Source: an uncultured Spirochaetaceae bacterium
GTDB lineage: Bacteria; Myxococcota_A; UBA9160; UBA4427
NCBI GenBank assembly: GCA_964515335.1
Contig: CAZETS010000012.1
Coordinates: forward strand, 19,974 to 83,973
DNA: 64,000 nt
Direction of reading: 5' to 3'
Part shown: positions 57,269-64,000 of the stretch, one piece after another
Layout of the letters: every line of letters starts with the position of its first letter
Position numbering within the stretch: the stretch's first letter is position 1
Notes under the pieces: model-generated
What the model saw: the letters and a program-made list of their open reading frames with translations, nothing else
Databases searched by the model: none
Told to the model about the DNA's origin: nothing
Position numbers and translations under genes: made by a program

Positions 57269-59265
57269 CTCCTCGATTCGGGCCGAAGGGGCTCGGCCGG
57301 TTGCAGGCCGCCGGCTGGGGGCTGCTGATCGTCGTCTGTGCGGTCGCCGTGGTGCGGGCGGCGCTCTTCGACGACGGCGTCCCGTTCGTGACGGCGGGTG
57401 ACACGGGAAAGTGGATCACGACCCCGACCCGCCCCACCGCCGACCTGATCGCGGTGATGCCAGACGATCCCCCGCGCTTCACCTTCGTGAAGCGCTTCGA
57501 CGGCACGCGTCCGGACGGGGCGGCCGTGCTTCGCGGACGTGCGCTGCGCACGGTCGCGATCGAGCTGAACGGGACCAGGGTCGAGGTGCCGGGCGACGGC
57601 GCCGGCTGGAAGCGCGGCTTCGAGATCGACGTGGCGCCCCTCCTGCGCGACGGGCGCAACGAGCTGCGCGCGACGGTTCGGAACGTGCACGGGCCTCCGC
57701 TGCTGCAGCTGTCACTCGACGACGGCGCCGGGCACAGCATCGAGACGAATGCGGATTGGCAGGTCGTGACGCCCGCAGGAGGCCGTGCCGGCGCAGTGAT
57801 CGCGCGCGACACCGCGATGCATCCCGAATCGCGCCTGCTCGCACCCTCGTGGCGGGTCGCGCGCGACCAGGCCCCGGTGCTGGTCGCGATCTTCGTCGCC
57901 TTCACCGCGCTGGCCTGGGTGCTCGCCCCGCGACTGTTGGCGCGCCCGTGGACGCGCGCCCCGGAAGCGACCTTCGGCGCGGTCGCGCTGCTCTGGCTGC
58001 TCGTCTACCTCACCAAGGGCACCCGGATGCCGGTCGCCCTCGGCTTCGACGCACACGCCCACCTCGCGTACATCGACTACCTCATCGAGCACCTCGCCCC
58101 GCCGACGGCCGCGTACGGTTTCTCGACCTACCACCCGCCCGCCTTCCACGGCCTGACGGCCCTGCTGGTCGGGCTGACGGGGGTCACGCCCGACAGCGTC
58201 GCCGGGCCCTCGGTCTACCGGATCGTGCCCATGCTGGCCGGCCTGGCCACGGTGTGGCTGACCGGGCGCGTGGCCCGGCGGCTCTGGCCCGACGAGGCGC
58301 TGCGGCCGACGCTCGCGATCGCCGTCGCGGGCCTGCTGCCGATGAACGTCTACATGTCGGCGTACGTCTCGAACGAGGCGCTGCACGCCGCCTGGATCAG
58401 CCTTGCGCTGCTGCTCGCCACCCACGCGATCCTCGCGGTCCGGCTCGACTGGCGGAGCGCCGCGGCGCTCGGCGGCGTGCTCGGCCTCGGGCTGCTGACC
58501 AAGTTCACCAGCCTCGCCCTGGCTCCGCTGATCGCCGCCTTCGTGGCCGCGCGGCTCTGGCTCGTCGACCGGGTCGCCGCGACGCGGGCGATCGGCGCGG
58601 GCGCCTTCGTGCTGAGCGTCGCGTTCCTGATCGCGGGCTGGTTCTACGTGCGCAACTGGATCGTCTTCGGCGATCCGCTGGTCTGGAACCTCGACGTGCC
58701 GGGCGCGGCCACCTGGTGGATGCTGCCGGGCTTCCACACCGCCGACGCGTACCTGCGCTTCGGCGAATCGCTCGTGCACCCGTTCTTCTCGGGCTTCGTC
58801 TCGTTCTGGGACGGCGTCTACTCCACGCTCTGGGCCGATGGACTCGTAGCCGGGATGATCCGCATCGCCACGCGACATCCCTTCTGGCGCTACGACTACA
58901 TGAGCCTGGTGCCGGCGCTCGCCCTGCCCGCGACCGGCCTCTTCGCCTGGGGCTTTCTGCTGTTGATCGCCCGGTCGTTTCGTGTTCGCGACACGCGGCA
59001 GAGGCTCGTGATGTCGATGCTCGCTGCGACGCTCTTCGTGCTGTCGTTCTCGCTGCTCTTCATCACCCTGCGCCTGCCCTTCTACGCCCAGGCCAAGGCA
59101 CCCTACGTGCTCGCCGCGACGTTGCCTCTCGCGATCTGCGCGGCCGAAGGCGTCGCCTGGTGGCCGCGTCAACCGCTGGCCGAACGCGCGACGCCCGCGC
59201 TCGCGGTGTACGTCGGCTGGCTCGGAACACTTGCCAGCGTAATCGTGATCGCGTTTCTCGGCTGA
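57265..59265 (+). CDS. GT-C-like membrane protein with N-terminal beta-sandwich domain
   Basis: LLRDGRNELRATV-type domain; GFDAHAHLAY, YHPPAFH, VSNEAL, LLTKFT, WFYVRNWIVFGDP, QAKAPY. Confidence 0.7.
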   Translation: MTPRFGPKGLGRLQAAGWGLLIVVCAVAVVRAALFDDGVPFVTAGDTGKWITTPTRPTADLIAVMPDDPPRFTFVKRFDGTRPDGAAVLRGRALRTVAIELNGTRVEVPGDGAGWKRGFEIDVAPLLRDGRNELRATVRNVHGPPLLQLSLDDGAGHSIETNADWQVVTPAGGRAGAVIARDTAMHPESRLLAPSWRVARDQAPVLVAIFVAFTALAWVLAPRLLARPWTRAPEATFGAVALLWLLVYLTKGTRMPVALGFDAHAHLAYIDYLIEHLAPPTAAYGFSTYHPPAFHGLTALLVGLTGVTPDSVAGPSVYRIVPMLAGLATVWLTGRVARRLWPDEALRPTLAIAVAGLLPMNVYMSAYVSNEALHAAWISLALLLATHAILAVRLDWRSAAALGGVLGLGLLTKFTSLALAPLIAAFVAARLWLVDRVAATRAIGAGAFVLSVAFLIAGWFYVRNWIVFGDPLVWNLDVPGAATWWMLPGFHTADAYLRFGESLVHPFFSGFVSFWDGVYSTLWADGLVAGMIRIATRHPFWRYDYMSLVPALALPATGLFAWGFLLLIARSFRVRDTRQRLVMSMLAATLFVLSFSLLFITLRLPFYAQAKAPYVLAATLPLAICAAEGVAWWPRQPLAERATPALAVYVGWLGTLASVIVIAFLG

Positions 59266-59337
59266 GCGCCAGGCGATCCGCAAGAACGGTCGGCGACGGA
59301 CGCCGCCCGCCCCTGCCTTGCGCGGGCGGCAGAGACA

Positions 59338-59363
59338 GAGGGGGGCGGGCGGCCGCCCCCCTC
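59338..59363. terminator. GC-rich hairpin, possible (bidirectional) terminator
   Basis: Perfect 11-bp stem GAGGGGGGCGG/CCGCCCCCCTC with a 4-nt loop between convergent units; weak U tail. Confidence 0.55.
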
Positions 59364-59368
59364 CATCC

Positions 59369-59512
59369 GGTCCCTACGAGCTGACACGCTCCTCGCGGCG
59401 AAACGTTGCCACTGAGCCCGGAGAGCGCCGGATGCGGTCGGCGCCCGGTCGCGCGGACCCGGCATTCCTTGCGGAGCCCGGTCCGCCAACCGGTGGGCTA
59501 CTCGCTGGGACC
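59369..59512 (-). ncRNA. Candidate structured ncRNA (~145 nt), family unassigned
   Basis: The ends pair (GGUCCCAGCGAGU/GCUCGUAGGGACC); internal helices have G-U pairs and a GCAA tetraloop; TATAAT sits just upstream of the 5' end. Confidence 0.65.
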
Positions 59513-59517
59513 CCGTG

Positions 59518-59523
59518 ATTATA
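59518..59523 (-). promoter_or_regulatory. Sigma70-type -10 element
   Basis: Perfect TATAAT in an AT-rich patch; predicted +1 about 59511-59513. Confidence 0.65.
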
Positions 59524-59677
59524 CACGCAACACCCGCGTCCAAAAGGGAGTACACATAACAGAGTACATACTGCACACTACTGCGTACGATCCCGCCCCT
59601 GGAGGGTCGGTGTATTCACCGAGCAGACGGTTCCCCCGGTCGGGCAGCTTGCCTTGGACGGACGACGAAGCGCTCGC

Positions 59678-61870
59678 TCAGGCCAACTCGAGGTTCGCGT
59701 AGCGCAGGACGACCGTCTTCATCCCGACACGCTCGAATCGGATCTTGAGCTTCTGATTGAGACCCGCCCCCTGCACGGCGACGATCTGCCCGGTCCCGAA
59801 GACGGCGTGACGCACGCGGGTGCCCGGCCGGATCTCGCCGTCGCCCGCCTCCTGGGAGTACGAGTAGTCGAAGCTGGCCTCGCGCGAGCCGGCGCGCGAC
59901 GCACGCTGGCCACCGCGACTGCGGCGCGACTCGAGCCGTTCGACCAGACGCTCGGGAATCTCGTCCAGGAAGCGACTCGGCGATTGGAACGAGCGCTCGC
60001 CGTAGCGCAGCCGCGCAGAAGCGTGCGTGATGAAGAGCTCGTCCATGGCGCGCGTCATCGCCACGTAGCAGAGCCGGCGCTCCTCCTCGATCGACTCCTC
60101 GTCACCCGACGAGCTGGCGTGCGGAAAGATCCGCTCCTCCATGCCGGACAGGAAGACCACCGGAAACTCGAGGCCCTTCGCCGAGTGGACCGTCATCAGC
60201 GACACGCGCTCGGAGCGATCCTCCCAGCCGTCGAGATCGGAGATCAGCGCCACCTGATCGAGGAAGAGCTCGAGCGGCGTGCGCTCTTCGTCGGCGATCT
60301 CCTCGTTGGCGGCCGCGAAGTCGCGGGCGCTGGCGATCAGCTCGAGCAGGTTGTCGCGGCGCGACTCGGCCTCGGGCGTCGACTCGCGGGCGAGCGCGTC
60401 GAGGTAGCCGCTGCGGTCGAGCACGCGCCCGATGATCTGGTCGAGCGGGGCGCCGGCGATCTCCTCGCGCAGGGCCGCGACCAGTTCGAGAAACGCACGG
60501 ACCTTGCCCGCCGAGCGCGTGCCGCCGCCTTCGACCAGGCGCTCGAGGGCGCCAGTCATCGGCAGGCCCTGCTCGGCCGCCAACGCGGCGGCGCGCTCGA
60601 CCGTCGTCTTGCCGATGCCGCGAGCCGGCCGATTCACGATGCGCAACAGCGCCTGGTCGTCCTGAGGGTTCACGAGTATGCGCAGGTACGCCATCGCGTC
60701 CTTGATCTCGGCGCGGTCGTAGAAGCGCACGCCGCCCACGACCGTGTAGGGCACGTCGTATTTGAGCAGCTCTTCCTCGAATGCCCTCGACTGCGCGTTG
60801 GTCCGGTAGAGGACCGCGAAGCCGCCGTACGATCGTCCGTCCGCCTTCGCCTGCATGATCCGGCGCACGACGAACTGCGCCTCCTCGCGGTCGTCTTCGG
60901 CCTCGAAGAAGTGGATCGGGTCGCCGCCCTCGCGCTGGGTGACCAGGCGCTTGTCCTTGCGGGCGACGTTGTTCTCGACCACCGCGGAGGCGCCGGACAG
61001 GATCGGCTGGGTCGAGCGGTAGTTGCGCTCGAGCTTGATGACGGTGGCGTCGTCGTAGTCGTTCTCGAAGTCGAGGATGTTGCGCACGTCCGCCCCGCGC
61101 CAGGCGTAGATGGACTGATCGGGGTCGCCCACCACGCAGAGGTTGCGGTGACCGGCGGCGAGCAGCTTGACGAGCTCGTACTGCACTCCATTGGTGTCCT
61201 GGTACTCGTCGACGAGCACGTACTGCCAACGCCGCTGGTAGAACTCGAGCACGCGCGGGTGCTGCCGGAAGAGCTGCACGGTGGCGAGGATGAGGTCGCC
61301 GAAGTCGAGGGCGTTGGCGTCGACGAGGAGCTTCTGATAGCCGGAGTAGATGCGCGCACAGAGCTCGTCGTCGATGTCGTAGGCCTCCTCGAGGGCGGCC
61401 GCGGGGAGCTTGCCGGCGTTCTTCCACTGGTCGATCCGCCAGCGGATGCGGCGCGGATCGTGGGCCTTCGGGTCGAGATCCTGGCGCCGCAGCACCTCCT
61501 TGATGACGCCGAGGCTGTCGGCGTCGTCGTAGATCACGAAGCCGCGGCTGCGGCCGAGATGCCCGATGTCGTGGCGCAGGATGCGCACGCAGATCGAGTG
61601 GAAGGTGCCGATCGCGAGGTCGCTCGCCTCGGGGCCGAGCAGCTTCTCGACCCGCTCCTTCATCTCGCCGGCGGCCTTGTTGGTGAAGGTCACCGCCAGG
61701 ATCGCGTCGGCCGGAATGCCGCAGCCGCCGATCAGGTAGGCGACGCGGCTCGTCAGCACGCGCGTCTTGCCGCTGCCGGCGCCGGCGAGCACGAGCAGCG
61801 GCCCCTCGGTGCACTCGACGGCACGCCGCTGCTCGGGGTTCAATCCCTCGACGATCGACTCGGTGAGCAA
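59678..61870 (-). CDS. uvrD: UvrD/PcrA ATP-dependent DNA helicase
   Basis: AGAGSGKT, TFTNKAA, VDEYQD, GDPDQSIY, NYRS, HSAKGLEF, EERRLCYVAMTRA, C-terminal Tudor-like domain; TTG start after GGAGG. Confidence 0.95.
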   Translation of the reverse strand: MLTESIVEGLNPEQRRAVECTEGPLLVLAGAGSGKTRVLTSRVAYLIGGCGIPADAILAVTFTNKAAGEMKERVEKLLGPEASDLAIGTFHSICVRILRHDIGHLGRSRGFVIYDDADSLGVIKEVLRRQDLDPKAHDPRRIRWRIDQWKNAGKLPAAALEEAYDIDDELCARIYSGYQKLLVDANALDFGDLILATVQLFRQHPRVLEFYQRRWQYVLVDEYQDTNGVQYELVKLLAAGHRNLCVVGDPDQSIYAWRGADVRNILDFENDYDDATVIKLERNYRSTQPILSGASAVVENNVARKDKRLVTQREGGDPIHFFEAEDDREEAQFVVRRIMQAKADGRSYGGFAVLYRTNAQSRAFEEELLKYDVPYTVVGGVRFYDRAEIKDAMAYLRILVNPQDDQALLRIVNRPARGIGKTTVERAAALAAEQGLPMTGALERLVEGGGTRSAGKVRAFLELVAALREEIAGAPLDQIIGRVLDRSGYLDALARESTPEAESRRDNLLELIASARDFAAANEEIADEERTPLELFLDQVALISDLDGWEDRSERVSLMTVHSAKGLEFPVVFLSGMEERIFPHASSSGDEESIEEERRLCYVAMTRAMDELFITHASARLRYGERSFQSPSRFLDEIPERLVERLESRRSRGGQRASRAGSREASFDYSYSQEAGDGEIRPGTRVRHAVFGTGQIVAVQGAGLNQKLKIRFERVGMKTVVLRYANLELA

Positions 61871-62075
61871 TGGATCTGCCTCCGCGTGGACGCCCTTCGC
61901 GGCGACGCGAGCGGGCGCGATGGCGCTCTGGAGGCCTGGGGGGAACCGGCAGGGTATGGGTTGCTGGTCCTGCGTCAACCTCGCCGGCGCAGCGCCGGCG
62001 AGGAGACCCGGGACGAGGACCCTCGGGCTCGCCCTGTACCGGCGGATCGCCGTGTGGGCGGCCGATCGCCGCCCG

Positions 62076-63905
62076 CTATTCGACCGTGACGCTCTTGGCG
62101 AGGTTCCGCGGCTGATCGACGTCGGTGCCGCGCAGCGTCGCCACGTGGTAGGCGAGCAGCTGCAACGGGATGGTGGCGAGGACCGAGGTGAGGAAGTCGC
62201 CGAGGTCCTCGATGTAGATCACTTCGTTGGCCTTCTCGGCGATCCCGTCGTCGCCCTCGGTCGCGATGGCGATCACCCGGCCGTCCCTGGCGCGCACCTG
62301 CTCGAGGTTCGAGACCAGCTTGTCCTGCAGCGGGCTGCGGTTGGCGATCACGACCACCGGCATGTTCTCGTCGATCAGCGCGATCGGTCCGTGCTTCATC
62401 TCGCCCGCCGCGTAACCCTCGGCGTGGATGTAGGAGATCTCCTTGAGCTTGAGCGCCCCCTCCATCGCGATCGGGTACATGATGCCGCGGCCGAGGAAGA
62501 GGAAGTCTTCGGCCTTGAAGTAGCTCCGCGCGATCTCCTCGATCTGCGCGTCGAGCTGCAGGGTGCGCTCGACGAAGCGCGGCAGCCGCATCAGGTCGTG
62601 CAGGCGATCGCGCATCTCGTCCCGGCCGATGCGGCCGCGCACCGCCGCCAGCTTGAGGGCGACGAGATACAGCCCGACCACCTGGGTGACGAAAGCCTTG
62701 GTGGAGGCCACCCCGATCTCGGGACCGGCGTGGGTGTACAGCACGTCGTCGCTCTCGCGGGCGATCGTCGACTCGCGCACGTTGCAGACGGCCAGCACAC
62801 GCGCGCCCTGGGACTTGCCCTCGCGCAGCGCGGCGAGCGTGTCGGCCGTCTCTCCCGACTGCGAGACCGGAATCACCATGCAGTTCGAGCCGAGGATGGG
62901 CTGGCGATAACGGAACTCGCTGGCCAGATCGACGTCGCAGGGGATGCCCGCGAGCTGCTCGATCATGTACTTGCCTACCATGCAGGCGTACGACGCCGTC
63001 CCGCACGCGATCAGGCTGATCGAACGCAGGCCGTCGGCGAACTCGCGCGTGATCTCGATGCCGTCGAGGTCGATCTCGGCATCGTTGACCCGGGTGCCGA
63101 TCGTGTCGGTGATGGCGCGCGGCTGCTCGAAGATCTCCTTCTGCATGAAGTGGTCGTAGCCACCGCGCTCGGCGGAGACCGGGTCCCACTGCACGGTCAT
63201 GAACTCGCGGTCGATCGGGCGCCCCTCGGCGTCGACCACCTGCACGCCGTCCTCGCTGAGCACCGCGAAGTCGCCGTCCCAGAGCGAAATGATCTCGCGC
63301 GTGTAGGGCAGGATGGCGGGGATGTCGCTACCGAGGAACGCCTGCTTCTCGCCCTGCCCCACGATGATGGGGCTGCCGCCGTTCTTCGCGGCGACGAGGC
63401 AGCCCGGGTCGCTCTCGCAGATGGCGCCGAACGCGTAGGAGCCGGTCAGACGCGCGCAGGCCTCGCGCACGGCGACGAGCAGGCCCTTGCCGGCCTGGAC
63501 GCCCTCGTCGATCAGGTGGGCGATCAGCTCGGTGTCGGTGTCGGACTCGATGGTGGCGCCGGCCGCCTCGAGCTCGGCGCGGATCGCCGAGTAGTTCTCG
63601 ATGATGCCGTTGTGGACGATCGCCACCGAGCCGGCGCGGTGCGGATGGGCGTTGCGCTCGGAGGGCTTGCCGTGGGTGGCCCAGCGGGTGTGCCCGATGC
63701 CAACGACGCCCTGCAGCGGCTGCTGACGCAGCGCGTGCTCGAGGTTGATCAGCTTGCCCTCGGCACGACGGACCTCGATCTGGTCGCCCTCGTAGACGGC
63801 GACGCCCGCCGAGTCGTAGCCCCGGTACTCGAGGCGCCGCAGCCCGTCGATCAACACGTCCACTGCCCGGTGCTCGAGCCCGATGTAGCCGACGATTCCG
63901 CACAT
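62076..63905 (-). CDS. glmS: Glutamine--fructose-6-phosphate aminotransferase
   Basis: MCGIVG, GHTRWATHG, SQSGET, EMKHGP, DQPRNLAKSVTVE. Confidence 0.98.
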   Translation of the reverse strand: MCGIVGYIGLEHRAVDVLIDGLRRLEYRGYDSAGVAVYEGDQIEVRRAEGKLINLEHALRQQPLQGVVGIGHTRWATHGKPSERNAHPHRAGSVAIVHNGIIENYSAIRAELEAAGATIESDTDTELIAHLIDEGVQAGKGLLVAVREACARLTGSYAFGAICESDPGCLVAAKNGGSPIIVGQGEKQAFLGSDIPAILPYTREIISLWDGDFAVLSEDGVQVVDAEGRPIDREFMTVQWDPVSAERGGYDHFMQKEIFEQPRAITDTIGTRVNDAEIDLDGIEITREFADGLRSISLIACGTASYACMVGKYMIEQLAGIPCDVDLASEFRYRQPILGSNCMVIPVSQSGETADTLAALREGKSQGARVLAVCNVRESTIARESDDVLYTHAGPEIGVASTKAFVTQVVGLYLVALKLAAVRGRIGRDEMRDRLHDLMRLPRFVERTLQLDAQIEEIARSYFKAEDFLFLGRGIMYPIAMEGALKLKEISYIHAEGYAAGEMKHGPIALIDENMPVVVIANRSPLQDKLVSNLEQVRARDGRVIAIATEGDDGIAEKANEVIYIEDLGDFLTSVLATIPLQLLAYHVATLRGTDVDQPRNLAKSVTVE

Positions 63906-63935
63906 GTGTTCGTTTCTCCCTTTCCGGAGGTCGCG

Positions 63936-64000
63936 CTAGCGCGTTCGCTTCCGGGTGGTCTTGCGCGCCCGGCTGCCGGCGGCCTTCTTCGCGGCCGACC
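63936..64000 (-). CDS. 3' end of upstream gene, probably glmU (partial)
   Basis: Basic tail SAAKKAAGSRARKTTRKRTR* ending 30 bp before glmS. Identity inferred from the common glmU-glmS order only. Confidence 0.4.
   Translation of the reverse strand, partial: SAAKKAAGSRARKTTRKRTR

Noticed and set aside
59369-59512. Identification as RNase P, 6S, SRP, HDV-like ribozyme or cobalamin riboswitch
   Set aside because: Only short chance matches (CCGGGCUCC, GGUCCCAGC, GCCACUG). The defining cores are missing by eye and there is no downstream same-strand gene.
59169-59702. ORFs 59169-59576 (-), 59318-59518 (+) and 59406-59702 (+)
   Set aside because: No recognisable protein features; they overlap neighbouring genes or the promoter, hairpin and RNA structure.
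63906-63935. glmS ribozyme
   Set aside because: Only 30 bp lie between the upstream stop and the glmS start.

Overview
A very GC-rich bacterial chromosome segment. Its gene content suggests a Myxococcota/deltaproteobacterial organism, but that is inference. The left part (1-30.9 kb) is mostly housekeeping: a partial PilT-type ATPase, yhbY, ilvE, a REC-J-TPR co-chaperone, mtnA, AsmA, an RND pump, gatCAB, a DEAD-box helicase, an AlgI/AlgJ acetylation pair, larE and ddl. From 30.9 to 59.3 kb lies a cell-surface glycosylation locus built around a PEP-CTERM protein with an unusual upstream region (tandem repeats, many GGA motifs). The locus also holds two large TPR lipoproteins, a TMTC-like transferase, an AglB/STT3-like oligosaccharyltransferase with a degenerate WWDYG motif, four GT2 enzymes, several GT-C membrane transferases, a 3-amino-sugar trio and three Thr-type sulfatase-like proteins. 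Between this locus and uvrD/pcrA is a candidate ~145-nt structured ncRNA that I cannot assign to a family, with a TATAAT promoter element and a downstream hairpin. glmS and the tail of a probable glmU close the window. No CRISPR array, tRNA, rRNA or mobile element was recognised. All calls are motif-based and made by eye; several starts were adjusted from the ORF track.
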